In this document: positions 1 to 9,576 of the stretch, piece after piece
Layout: each line of letters opens with the position of its first letter
Position numbering within the stretch: the first letter of the stretch is position 1
Assembly (NCBI GenBank): GCA_040386535.1
Contig: JAZKFH010000009.1
Span: 273,296 to 337,295 of the forward strand
From: Myxococcota bacterium
Lineage (GTDB): Bacteria > Myxococcota_A > UBA796 > SXON01
Direction of reading: 5' to 3'
Length of the DNA: 64,000 bases
Translations under genes and position numbers: made by a program
Notes under the pieces: generated by a model
Databases searched by the model: none
Seen by the model: the letters and a program-made list of their open reading frames with translations, nothing else
What the model was told of the DNA's origin: nothing

Positions 1-725
1 TTCGGCGCCGGCACCACCGCGAGGAGGCCGCGGCGGACGAACAACGACGTGGGGTCCGTTCCGTCGGCGGCTGAGGCGACGACCTCGGACCCGCCGTCCT
101 CGTGGCGGAGCGCGACGACGGCGCGGCCGGCGGGGAACACGGGTGCGCAGAAGCTGCCGGGCGTGCGGTCGAAGAGGATGTCCTCGCCGTCCCCCATCGG
201 GTCCCGCAACACGAGCCGGCCGCCCGGATCGTCCTTGCCGCCGACGTGGATGAGCACGCGCTGCCCGTCGGGCGTCCAGTTGAAGAACAACGGCACGCCC
301 TGCTCGAGGGGGCGCACCTGGCCGAGCCGCTGCTTGCGCAGAAGCGACAGCGCGAGCTCGGAGCCCTGCTGGAGGAGGACCGAGATTGCGTCCCCACTCA
401 CGTGCCACTGGAGGTAGATCGGCGACACGTTGGGGATGTGCGCCCACTCGACCTGGCGCACGCCGTCGAGCGAGAGCGCGACGACCCGCACGGGGCCGGA
501 CTCGGTGTCGCTGCCCTCGACCGCGAAGGCGGCGATCCACGCGTCGTCCGGGGACCACGTGGGCCAGGACCACGACTCGGAGGCGCGCGCGGCCACGCCC
601 CAGGACCCGGCGCCCGCTCCAGGGACCGGCGCGGTCAGGGCGATCGGGTCTTTGCCGGCCCCGGCCTCGGACACGTCCGTGACATAGAGCTGACGGTCGA
701 GCCCGACGTACGCGAGACGGCTCAA
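1..725 (-). CDS. TolB-like/PD40 beta-propeller protein (3' end runs off the window)
   Basis: Not in the ORF track. Manual minus-strand translation from TTG at 725 (overlapping the TGA of the upstream gene) gives MSRLAYVGLDRQLYVTD...WSWPTWSPDDAWIA...FFNWTPDGQRVLIH, with WSPD/WTPDG propeller motifs. The frame appears open to the window edge. Confidence 0.7.
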   Translation of the reverse strand, partial: MSRLAYVGLDRQLYVTDVSEAGAGKDPIALTAPVPGAGAGSWGVAARASESWSWPTWSPDDAWIAAFAVEGSDTESGPVRVVALSLDGVRQVEWAHIPNVSPIYLQWHVSGDAISVLLQQGSELALSLLRKQRLGQVRPLEQGVPLFFNWTPDGQRVLIHVGGKDDPGGRLVLRDPMGDGEDILFDRTPGSFCAPVFPAGRAVVALRHEDGGSEVVASAADGTDPTSLFVRRGLLAVVPAP

Positions 726-1135
726 GAGAGGAGCCCCCACGCGGCGCCGACACGCGACGCGGCGAAGAGGAGCGCGATCACCGCGAGGGGAGGGAGGATC
801 CACGCGGTCTTCGGGTGGGTGTGGATCGTGGCGAGGCGCGCGCCACGCACGGCGCGCTCGCGATCCCACTCGGCCTTGTGGTTCGCGGGGACACCGCCCC
901 GGCGCGAGAGCTCGGCGAGGGCGTGCAGCGCCGTGTCGTCATTGGTGCCGAAGCTGCCGAGGGAGAGGCCCATGGCGAACAGGCACAGGAAGATCGTACG
1001 GAACGGCATCAGACCCGCCGCGATCGCGGCCACCCCGGCCACGAAGACGACCACCGCCATGGGGAACAGGAGCGCCCCGAGCCAACGGAGGCGGGAGTGA
1101 CGATCGGCGCGCGCGACCCACGATTCAGCTTGCAT
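722..1135 (-). CDS. Small membrane protein, hypothetical
   Basis: ATG at 1135 (MQAESW) overlaps the TetR 3' end. Three hydrophobic segments. Confidence 0.7.
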   Translation of the reverse strand: MQAESWVARADRHSRLRWLGALLFPMAVVVFVAGVAAIAAGLMPFRTIFLCLFAMGLSLGSFGTNDDTALHALAELSRRGGVPANHKAEWDRERAVRGARLATIHTHPKTAWILPPLAVIALLFAASRVGAAWGLLS

Positions 1136-1748
1136 TGGCGTGGGCCCCGGCGATGGACTTGGGCAGGAGCCCGTGGAGGATGAACCGCAGGCCGTCGGTC
1201 GAGAGGCGCTCGACATCGGGGCGCACGCCGACTGCGCTCTGGCCGGCCAGCCCGTCGATCAGGGCCTTGAGCACGAGGCCCACGGCCATCGGATCGTAGG
1301 TCTCGAACACGCCTTCCTTCATGCCCTGCTCGACCACGGCGGCGATACGGTCGACAAAGCGCTGATGGATGGCGTTCACGCGCTTCCGGATATCCTCATC
1401 TCGGATCGCCATCTCGCTCATGAGCAGGAAGAACCGGGGTGGGGTCTTCAGGCCGGCGAAGTAGTCGAGGTACTTGCGCCCGAGCTCGACCAGCTTGATC
1501 GCCGCGGGCCGCGCGTCCCGGTCGGCCTCTTCGAGGAAGCTGATGGTGATCGCGTGCTCCTCGTCGACCAGCGCGTCGAAGATCGCGCGCTTGCTCTCGA
1601 AGTAGAAGTAGACCGCGCCCTTGGAGAGGTTGGCGCGCTTGGCGACATCCTCCACCCGGGCCGCGAGGTAGCCACGCTCGATGAAGATGGCTCGGGCCGC
1701 GCGCAGGATCTGGGCGCGCCGCTCGACTTCGGAGAGGTGACGCGTCAT
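1125..1748 (-). CDS. TetR/AcrR family transcriptional regulator
   Basis: N-terminal HTH: RRAQILRAARAIFIERGY...VEDVAKRANLSKGAVYFYFESK. Confidence 0.95.
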   Translation of the reverse strand: MTRHLSEVERRAQILRAARAIFIERGYLAARVEDVAKRANLSKGAVYFYFESKRAIFDALVDEEHAITISFLEEADRDARPAAIKLVELGRKYLDYFAGLKTPPRFFLLMSEMAIRDEDIRKRVNAIHQRFVDRIAAVVEQGMKEGVFETYDPMAVGLVLKALIDGLAGQSAVGVRPDVERLSTDGLRFILHGLLPKSIAGAHANAS

Positions 1749-1837
1749 TCGTCTCCGGTGTTCATGCGCCCCTGCCTAACGTCCTCGGGTCCTTGTGATC
1801 GAGATCCGGCGCAATCCTCCCGGGCGAACAGGGCCGG

Positions 1838-2680
1838 TCATTCCCCCGGACCCCGCGCGGCGGCCGCGGCAGCCGTCTCCTTGCGGCGGCGTTCGAGGCC
1901 CTCCTCGATGCGCGTCTGGAACGGGGGCGTGAGCTTCCAGAGCACCCCCAGCCGCACGGCCCAGCGTGTGGTGGGCAACGTCGTGACCGTGTCGTTGCCG
2001 CGGTCAAGCTCGCCGCGCAGCTCGACGCCCACGGGCACGCCGGCGCGGTCGAGGAACACCCCGGTCTTGGCGGCCACGCCGAGGTTGGCCTGGTGGACGC
2101 CGAACAGGTCGACCGACGCGACGGCCCGCCCCTGCGCGTACCAGGTGTCGCGCACGGTCACCCCCGCGAGCACGCCGGCCTCGCCGGTGACCTTGCCGGT
2201 CATCACGACGCCCTCCGGCGCGCCCCGCCAGCCCTCCCACCACGTGCCGTTCAGCCCGAGCCCGGCTGAGGGACCGACGTATGCGCGGCGGGGATCCACT
2301 TCCCAGAGCCCTGGCACGCTGAACAGGTAGTGCCCGGAGACATCGGCCTCGACGAGCTTGCCGGAGGCGGCGTCCCCGCCGACGTGGGCGTGGAGCCATG
2401 GCAGCGCGAAGCGGACGTCGTGCGGGCGAACCATCCCGCGGAACGCGGGCGGGACGACGCCGAGCACCGGCCCGTGGAAGCTCGAGTCGAGGCGCCACGC
2501 GCGCACCACGTGGCCGTCGGCGGCGGGATCGCCGAAGGTGACCCAGCCGTTCGCCAGGTCGCTCACCAGCGAGGCGCCTACGCCTCCTTCGGGCACGCCG
2601 GAGCTCATCCCGCCGATGAGCTCAGCGCGAACGAGGTGGAAGCCGGCGGCGTGGGCGGTCGCGAGCAGGGCGAGGAGCAT
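1838..2680 (-). CDS. Exported hypothetical protein, possibly an outer-membrane beta-barrel
   Basis: Signal peptide MLLALLATAHA. Gly/aromatic-rich alternating beta-strand pattern. Confidence 0.65.
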   Translation of the reverse strand: MLLALLATAHAAGFHLVRAELIGGMSSGVPEGGVGASLVSDLANGWVTFGDPAADGHVVRAWRLDSSFHGPVLGVVPPAFRGMVRPHDVRFALPWLHAHVGGDAASGKLVEADVSGHYLFSVPGLWEVDPRRAYVGPSAGLGLNGTWWEGWRGAPEGVVMTGKVTGEAGVLAGVTVRDTWYAQGRAVASVDLFGVHQANLGVAAKTGVFLDRAGVPVGVELRGELDRGNDTVTTLPTTRWAVRLGVLWKLTPPFQTRIEEGLERRRKETAAAAAARGPGE

Positions 2681-2719
2681 GGGCTCTCACTATGCCTCAC
2701 GAAGGGGGGGCCCGGAGAA

Positions 2720-3572
2720 TCAGCCCTCGTACTCCGCGATCGCCGCCATGATCGAGGCGGCGTCGTACAGGTAGTACTCGGACGGGTTGTCGATCGCCGA
2801 CCAGATGACCGTCATGTCGGGCGCGAGGAGCACCGTGGCGGGGATGCTGCCCGTGGCGTTGAGGTGATTCACCCACGGGGCGCCGTTGTTCCGCGGCGAG
2901 GTGACGGGGATGCCCTGCAGGTCGAACGCGCGGATCCAGTTCCGGAGCACCTCCTCGTCCGGCTCGGCGCCGTAGTTGTCCTGGTAGAGGAACTCGTAGA
3001 AGGTGAAGTTACGGGTAGGTCTCCCGGATCTCGTCCGTCTCCGACGCCATCGCGCTGGCGAGGGACTGGCACGGCCCGCACCACTCGGCGCCCATCGTGA
3101 TGAGCGTGTAGTTGCCACAGAACGCGTAGGGGGTGACCTCCTGGGCGAACTTGTCGGTGGCCGTGAAGTTCGCGAGGATGTCCCCCTCGCGGTACGCGTC
3201 CCACGACGAGGTGTCGTACGACCCGGTGCCGGTGGGGCCCGCGGCGTCGAGGTCGGGCGCGACGGGGCAGGAGCCGATGAGGTAGTCGCCGTCTTCATAG
3301 ACGTGCGACCACTCCCACGACGGGTTGGTGCCGGCGTCCAGCTCGTCGGCATCGTCGAAGCCGTCCCCGTCACTGTCGGCCGCTTCGGGATCCGTGCCGA
3401 GGTCCGCCTCCTCGACGTTTGTCAGGCCGTCGCCGTCGTCATCTTGTTCGGGGTCGACCTCGTTCTCGTCTTCGGGATCCGCTTCGTTCGCGGGCTTCGT
3501 CCCCGCGGGCTCGTCGAGCGTGCAGCCGAGGAAGAGGAGGGAGAGAGCGGGGAGGAGGGTGGACAGGCGCAT
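2720..3572 (-). pseudogene. Thioredoxin-like (TlpA/redoxin) lipoprotein with Asp-rich Ca-binding repeats, split by a 1-nt frameshift near 3011
   Basis: 3572-3009 encodes lipobox LFLGC, DDDGDGL/DSDGDGF repeats and WCGPC, then stops (TAC CCG TAA). Skipping one base continues NFTFYEFLYQ...GSIPATVLLAPDM, the rest of a thioredoxin fold, to 2720. Confidence 0.8.
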
Positions 3573-3746
3573 GGGCGGCTCCGGGGCGCGGAGAGTGTAC
3601 CTCACACTCGGCCGTGGTCACCCGTCCTATTCACGCGTGCGAGGCGCTGGCTGGCGGAGGAGCCTTGAACCGCCTGCCTCCGGGCGTTGCGGGGCGGAGC
3701 CCCGCCCCAAGAACTCTCCAGCCCCAAGAGCTCCCAGGCCCAATCC

Positions 3747-5345
3747 CTACTTGATTTGGTTGGCCACGCGCTTGAGCTCGCGCATGCTCTTGATCTCGAA
3801 CAGCTTGCCCTTTACGGCGAAGGTCGAGAGTTTTTGCGCCTGGCGGACGTACTCGCCGTATTGGTAGGCCTTGCCCCAGAAGAAGTCGTACTTGCGCTGG
3901 TTGAAGATGCGCACGAAGCGATCGTTCGCCAGGAACTGGACGAATTCCTTCGGGAGGTTGTTGAACAACGTCATGAAGAAGAGAAAGTTCAGGTAGCTGC
4001 CGTTGGGGGTGTGGAACCCGCGACGGTAGATCTGGTTGTACTCGTCGGTGACGAAGCCGTCCTCGATGCTCTTGTGGTAGAATTCGGTGCCCGGGTAGGG
4101 GATGAGCGAGGAAGGAAGCAGGTTGTATGGCGGCGGCAAGGTCCAGAGCAGGCGCAGGCCCTTCATCACGTCCTCGGTCGACTCCCAGGGGTTGTCGAGG
4201 ATCATGTGGTAGTCGGGCACCTGGATTTGATCCCGGTACTTGCTGATGATGTTGACGGCCTTGAGCAGCTGCTCGTTCGTCATGCCGCGCTTGTACATCT
4301 TCATGGTCTCGGTGGATCCGGTCTGGATGCCGAGCTCGGTGAAGCAGAGGCCCGCGTCGATGAGGGCCTTGTACTTGTCCTCGTTGATCGTGGTCGGGGA
4401 GCACTGGGCGCGGAAGGGGAGGCCGATCTCCTTCTGCCACACGTCCGAGAACTTCTGGATCTCCTCGGTGGAGGTGGAGAAGAACACGTCGTCCTGGAAG
4501 TGGACGATGCCGATGTCGGGGTGCTGCTTCGTGACGAGCTTGATCTCGCCGATCATGTGCTCGACCGAGCGGCGGCGCAGATAGGACTGGCCCTTGTAGA
4601 GATCGTGGTTGAACGCCACGCCGCAGTAGCTGCACTTGTGCGGGCAGCCACGGGTGATCATCGTCTTGTACGCGGGCCGGAGCTCCCCGTTGCGGTCGGG
4701 GTAGGTCGGCATGATCTGCCGGTAGAAGCTCCAGTCCAGCCGGACGAGGTTCTTCGACTTGGCGTCATACGTCCAGTCGTCTTCGAAGCTGAAGTCCTGG
4801 AAGGGGAGCGAGTCGAGGTCCTGGATGAGGGGGCGATGGGGGTTGCCGACCACCTTGCCGTTGTGCTTGCGGATCCAGAAATTCCGCACGTCGGAGGTGT
4901 CCTTCCCGTCCTCGAGGCGCTCGATGAGCTCGAGGAAGCTGTGTTCGCCCTCGCCCACGTGCACGTAGTCGACGAACTCGAGGCCCTGCTGCGGCATGGT
5001 GGTGGGGTGGAAGCCGCCCCACACGATGATCTTCTGCGGGTAGCGGGCCTGGATGGCGCGGGTGGCCTGGACCGCCACGTCGAACATGGCGGTGAGGAAG
5101 CTCACGCCGATGACGTCGGCGTCCTTCACGAGCTCGACCAGATCCTCCACCATGGGCTGCTGCATCTGCATGATGTGCGACCAGGTGTCCGCGCGCCAGG
5201 AGGCCTTGAAGCGGTTCCCGTACGTGTCGGCCGGCAGGAAGATCTGGCGGACGCTGTGCCCGTGCATCTTCAGGTACCCGGTGAGCGTCCGGATGCATGG
5301 ACTGTAATGGTCCATGGGCGTGGGGCTGATCATCGCGACCTTCAT
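3747..5345 (-). CDS. B12-binding domain-containing radical SAM protein
   Basis: WGGFHPT and VGEGE cobalamin-binding-domain motifs, DLDSLPF, TRGCPHKCSYC (CxxxCxxC), FQDDVF, GIQTGS, PYPGTE. Confidence 0.93.
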   Translation of the reverse strand: MKVAMISPTPMDHYSPCIRTLTGYLKMHGHSVRQIFLPADTYGNRFKASWRADTWSHIMQMQQPMVEDLVELVKDADVIGVSFLTAMFDVAVQATRAIQARYPQKIIVWGGFHPTTMPQQGLEFVDYVHVGEGEHSFLELIERLEDGKDTSDVRNFWIRKHNGKVVGNPHRPLIQDLDSLPFQDFSFEDDWTYDAKSKNLVRLDWSFYRQIMPTYPDRNGELRPAYKTMITRGCPHKCSYCGVAFNHDLYKGQSYLRRRSVEHMIGEIKLVTKQHPDIGIVHFQDDVFFSTSTEEIQKFSDVWQKEIGLPFRAQCSPTTINEDKYKALIDAGLCFTELGIQTGSTETMKMYKRGMTNEQLLKAVNIISKYRDQIQVPDYHMILDNPWESTEDVMKGLRLLWTLPPPYNLLPSSLIPYPGTEFYHKSIEDGFVTDEYNQIYRRGFHTPNGSYLNFLFFMTLFNNLPKEFVQFLANDRFVRIFNQRKYDFFWGKAYQYGEYVRQAQKLSTFAVKGKLFEIKSMRELKRVANQIK

Positions 5346-5432
5346 CGAGCGGACTCCAGCTGCGGGAATTGGGCTTCGCGGAGAGGGTACCCGCCGACGG
5401 CGGCCGCCGCTACCTGTACGGGGTGACCCGGT

Positions 5433-6131
5433 TTACCGAGGGCGGGGTGTGAGCGCGAACAACGAGAGCCACTCGCCCTCGACGAGGGCCCGGGTGACGA
5501 GCTCCGCGGGGCCGAGGGCGGCGCGGGCGCCCGCGAAGTCGCCCCCGAATTCGGAGAGCACGACCCACGCCTCGTCGGCAAATGTGGGGAAGGCCGCCAC
5601 GAAGGTCCGGATCGCCTCGAAGTCGGCCCCGGCGTACATCGCGCGGCCGAAGGGGCGCACGTTACCCGCGGCGTCGGCGACGGGGCCGGGCCAGAAGGGG
5701 ACGTTGTAGACGACGCGGTGGAAGCGGCGGCCGGGGTCGGGGAAGGCGGAGTCGGCGAAGGCGGAGAAGAGATCGCTCTCCACGACCTCGACGGGGCGGC
5801 CGAGCAGGGCCGCGTTCGCACGGGCGTTGCGGACGCACACGGGATCGATGTCGATCGCGGTCACGACGGCCCCGGCCTCGGCGAGGGCCAGCCCGACGAT
5901 GCCGGTGCCGCAGCCCATGTCGACCCAGCGCTCGCCGGGGCGCGCGTGGGCCGCCGCGACCCCCGCGAGCCACGCGCCGACCTTGGTGGCGACCGGATCG
6001 AGGACGCCGGGGAGCACGAGGAGCGGGAGATCGCCCCACTCGCGGACGTAGGGGCGGCGGGCGCGCCAGAGGAGCCAGCGTTGCCCGAACCTCCGTCCGG
6101 AGGCGGTGCGGAGTCGGTCGATCACGCTCAC
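5433..6131 (-). CDS. Class I SAM-dependent methyltransferase (HemK/MTS-like)
   Basis: VDMGCGTG motif I, AIDID motif II, NVPF (an NPPY variant). The GTG start overlaps the murJ stop. Confidence 0.85.
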   Translation of the reverse strand: MSVIDRLRTASGRRFGQRWLLWRARRPYVREWGDLPLLVLPGVLDPVATKVGAWLAGVAAAHARPGERWVDMGCGTGIVGLALAEAGAVVTAIDIDPVCVRNARANAALLGRPVEVVESDLFSAFADSAFPDPGRRFHRVVYNVPFWPGPVADAAGNVRPFGRAMYAGADFEAIRTFVAAFPTFADEAWVVLSEFGGDFAGARAALGPAELVTRALVEGEWLSLFALTPRPR

Positions 6132-7930
6132 GGGACGGGGATCCGCGGGCCCTCGCACGGGCCTTCAAGCACCGCGCCGTTCACGACGCCCCAGGTGCGG
6201 TTGCCGACCTGGAGGCCGCGCATGGACGGGGTGGGGCCGACGCGCACGATGATGGAGAGCGGGGCGGGGGTGGTGGGCGCGGCGGCGGGGCCCTCGACGG
6301 GGACGAGGCCCATGGCGCCGCCACGGACGACCATCTGCCACGCGCCCGTGGTGCCGACGAGCACATCGCCGATCGCGACGACGGGGCCGGCGGCGAGGGC
6401 CTCGAGGCCGGCGCGGGTGTCGGCGTCGAGAAAGGGGGGCAGGCCACGGGGGCGGCCGAGGCCCTCCCACACGCCGAGGAGCCGGGCCACGACGAGGTAG
6501 GCGACGCCGGCGAGCGCGCAGACGATGACGACGGGGAGGCGATCCACGAGGAGGAGGGCGACACCGCCGAGCACCGCCGCGGCGACGAGCATCTTGAGGT
6601 GCGCGCCGAGCAGGCCGCGCCCGCGCACCTTGTCGCGGAAGCCCCACACGAGGAGCGCACCCTCGCCCGTGACCGTGATCGCGTGGGAGAGTGGCAGCGC
6701 CTCGACGCCCATGCCGAGGCCGCGCGTGAGCAGGAGGATGACAGGCACCTTGGCCGCCATCGCGACGAGCGAAAGGCGCATCGGCGTGCGGGGATCCCCC
6801 ATCGCGTAGTAGGCCGGGACGGCGACGCGGTGGAAGCAGATGCCGTAGACGGCGATCGCGTACATCTGGAGCATCGCGGCGGTGCCGACGGTGTCCGCGG
6901 CGGTGAACGCGCCGCGCTCGAAGAAGAGGCGGCACAGCGGCTCGGCGAGCACCCCGAGGCCGACCGCGCTGGGGATGACCCAGAAGGCGTTGACGCGCAG
7001 GGCCTGGGTGAGGGCGGCGCCGACGGCGTCGGGCTCGCCGCGGGCGGCGTGGTGGGCGAGCGCGGCGAGCGCGGCGGTCGCGATGCTGCCGGACACGACG
7101 GCGAGGGGGAGCTGGACGAGGCGGAAGGCGAGGGTGAGCCAGGTGAGGGCGCCGTCGCCGTAGGTGGAGGCCCACTGGGTCTCGACGAGCAGGTTGAACT
7201 GCACCGTGGAGATGCCGATGAGCGCGGGCCCGAGGTAGCGCAACATGCGGCCCAGTCCCGGGTGCCCGCCGAGGGAGGGGCGTGGGCGCCATCCCAGCTT
7301 CATCAGCGGGGGGACGGTGATGGCGACCTGCACAAAGCCTGAGAGCGTGGTCGCGATCGCGACGGCGAGGATGGCGGGCTGGCCGGTGAGCCGCTCGAAG
7401 GGGCCCGAGAGGAGCGCCCCCGCGATGACCAGCAGGTTGAGCACGTTGCCGGCGAGCGCGGGCCAGAAGAAGCGGCCCTTCACGTTGAGCATCGCGCCGA
7501 GGAAGCCCGCGATGGAGAGGCCGGCGAGGAAGGGCGACAACCAGCGGGTCAGCGTGACGGTGAGGGCGAGCTTGGCGGGATCGTCGGCGAAGCCGTTGGC
7601 GACGACGCGCACCCAGAGGGGGGCGCCGAGGAGGAACAGCAGCGTGGCCGCGCCGAGCACGAGCAGGAGCACGCCCAGGAACGCGTTGGCGAGTCGCCAG
7701 GCGCCCGCGTTGCCCTCCTTCTCGGTCGCCTCGGCGAAGGCGGGGACGTAGGCGTTCTGGAGCGAGCCCTCGGCCAACAGCTCGCGGAGGAGCTGGGGAA
7801 CCCGCAGCGCCGCGTTGAAGGCGTCGGTGACCGCGCCCGCGCCGAACACGGCGGACACGACCATCTCGCGCACCATGCCGGTGACCCGGGCGAGCAGGTT
7901 CGCGGCCGCGACGCCGCCCGCGCCCTTCAT
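6128..7930 (-). CDS. murJ: Lipid II flippase MurJ (MviN) with a C-terminal extension
   Basis: LARVTGMVRE, FGAGAVTDAFNAALRVPQLLRELLAEG, AFRLVQLP, FERGAFT, YYAMGDPRTP. Many TM segments. Confidence 0.93.
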   Translation of the reverse strand: MKGAGGVAAANLLARVTGMVREMVVSAVFGAGAVTDAFNAALRVPQLLRELLAEGSLQNAYVPAFAEATEKEGNAGAWRLANAFLGVLLLVLGAATLLFLLGAPLWVRVVANGFADDPAKLALTVTLTRWLSPFLAGLSIAGFLGAMLNVKGRFFWPALAGNVLNLLVIAGALLSGPFERLTGQPAILAVAIATTLSGFVQVAITVPPLMKLGWRPRPSLGGHPGLGRMLRYLGPALIGISTVQFNLLVETQWASTYGDGALTWLTLAFRLVQLPLAVVSGSIATAALAALAHHAARGEPDAVGAALTQALRVNAFWVIPSAVGLGVLAEPLCRLFFERGAFTAADTVGTAAMLQMYAIAVYGICFHRVAVPAYYAMGDPRTPMRLSLVAMAAKVPVILLLTRGLGMGVEALPLSHAITVTGEGALLVWGFRDKVRGRGLLGAHLKMLVAAAVLGGVALLLVDRLPVVIVCALAGVAYLVVARLLGVWEGLGRPRGLPPFLDADTRAGLEALAAGPVVAIGDVLVGTTGAWQMVVRGGAMGLVPVEGPAAAPTTPAPLSIIVRVGPTPSMRGLQVGNRTWGVVNGAVLEGPCEGPRIPVP

Positions 7931-7945
7931 CGGCGCGTCATCGCA

Positions 7946-8671
7946 TCACGAGGGTTCACGGGCGGCGCGGGCGCGTTGCCCGAGCCAGCGCCCGAGCCAG
8001 GCGAGCGGGATCAGCAGGAACGCGAGGACGGCGATGAGCCAGGGGGGCGGCTCGCTCCCGACGATGCCGACCATGCGCTGGGGCAGAGGCTGGGGCTCGC
8101 CGGCGCCTTCGAGGAAGCCGGCCGGGCGGATCTTCACCCACGGCTCGCGCGCCGACTCGTCCTTGACCCAGGCGCCGTGCCAGTTGTCGCGGATGCGGCC
8201 CTGCTTCACCTTCAAGAGCGAGGTCTCCTCCGCCACGAGCGTGCCGTCGAGGGTGACGGAGGTGGCGAAGAAGCCGTCGACATCCGGGAAGTTGCCGTTG
8301 CGTACGCCGATCGTGCCGCTGTCGGAGGGGAGGGGGGCGCGCATGGCCACCGTGAAGTCGAGGAACCCCGGCTCCCCGCCCTTCACTCCGTCGGAGACGA
8401 TCAGGGGCGTGGCGGGCAGGGGCGCGCCGTCCCACGTGAGGCGCACGCCGTCCGCGAGCGAGGCCAGGAGCTGCTCGCCGTAGCCGGGCGCGCCCGAGGC
8501 GCGGGCCTCCTCCAACACGCGGCGTTCGGGCACCTCCGCGACGTAGCGGAGCTCGACGTCGTGCGCGCCGACGGTCAGCGAGACGCGATGCCCGACCGTG
8601 TCACGCACCGCGCTGGATGCGCCCGGGGCCGAGCCGGGATGGGCGTACAAAAGGGGCACGAGGAGAAGCAC
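7946..8671 (-). CDS. Exported hypothetical protein with a C-terminal membrane anchor
   Basis: Short signal ending in ...YAHP. C-terminal hydrophobic helix followed by basic residues. Confidence 0.65.
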   Translation of the reverse strand: MLLLVPLLYAHPGSAPGASSAVRDTVGHRVSLTVGAHDVELRYVAEVPERRVLEEARASGAPGYGEQLLASLADGVRLTWDGAPLPATPLIVSDGVKGGEPGFLDFTVAMRAPLPSDSGTIGVRNGNFPDVDGFFATSVTLDGTLVAEETSLLKVKQGRIRDNWHGAWVKDESAREPWVKIRPAGFLEGAGEPQPLPQRMVGIVGSEPPPWLIAVLAFLLIPLAWLGRWLGQRARAAREPS

Positions 8672-8819
8672 CGCAGAGCTTCGCCCGGCCCCGTTCGCGC
8701 CGCAAGGGGAGCGCCGATCGGGACGCCGCCGGGGACGCCTCTGGAGACGAAGGTGGAGGCTGTGCGTAATGAGCCGCGCCGAGGGCGTGCGCGGGGGCTA
8801 CCAGATAGGAGGAAGGCGA

Positions 8820-9545
8820 ATGGCGAACGGACTCCCCGGCCTCGATCTCGGGTCCAACTGGACCCCGCTCACACGCAACGTGATCGTGACGCTGTTCGCG
8901 ATCTACGTCATCCAGCTCCTCTCGGGGGGCGTCGTCGAGACGCTGTTCGCGTGGCAGCCCTTCGGCGGCGGATTCCGACCCTGGCAGGTCGTGACGTCCT
9001 TCCTGCTCGGCCCGTCGCCGTTCAGCGCCGTCCTGAGCTGGCTGGTGCTGTTCTTCGTGCTGGCCCCTGTCGACAACCTGCTCGGCCGCCGCGGCATGCT
9101 CCAGGCGCTCGGCGTGTCGTGGGCCGTCGGCGTCGTCGTGTCCTCGTTGTTGTTGGCCGCCGGCTTCGTCAACGCGCCGTTCCTCGGCCTCGGGCCGGTA
9201 GTCGCCGTCTTCATCACCCTGTTCGGCTTCATGATGCCGAACGCCCAGTTCCTGCTCATGTTCATCATCCCCGTGCGCGCCATCTGGCTCGCGTGGGGCA
9301 CCGGGCTGATGAGCTTCCTGTTCCTGCTGTACTCCCGCGACCTGTCGTCCTCGCTCCAGTTCTTCGCGTGGACCGGGGCGGCCATCTTCATGGCCGTGCG
9401 GGGCGGCGGGATGCGCCGCGCGTCGCTCCGCTGGAAGAAGCGGCAGGTCGAGCGCAAGCTCGCGCGCTTCGAAGTCATCGAGGGCGGGCGGACTGCGGAG
9501 AAGCGGCCGAAGGGTGGCGGGGGGCCGGGCGACTGGATTCACTGA
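8820..9545 (+). CDS. Rhomboid-like membrane protein, catalytic residues apparently absent
   Basis: AGGAGG RBS before ATG 8820. PWQVVTS, FGFMMPNAQFLLMFIIPVRA pattern. GLGP in place of GxSG, and no TM6 His. Confidence 0.65.
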   Translation: MANGLPGLDLGSNWTPLTRNVIVTLFAIYVIQLLSGGVVETLFAWQPFGGGFRPWQVVTSFLLGPSPFSAVLSWLVLFFVLAPVDNLLGRRGMLQALGVSWAVGVVVSSLLLAAGFVNAPFLGLGPVVAVFITLFGFMMPNAQFLLMFIIPVRAIWLAWGTGLMSFLFLLYSRDLSSSLQFFAWTGAAIFMAVRGGGMRRASLRWKKRQVERKLARFEVIEGGRTAEKRPKGGGGPGDWIH

Positions 9546-9576
9546 TGGATTAGGATGGACGCTCGTTGGGAGCTCC

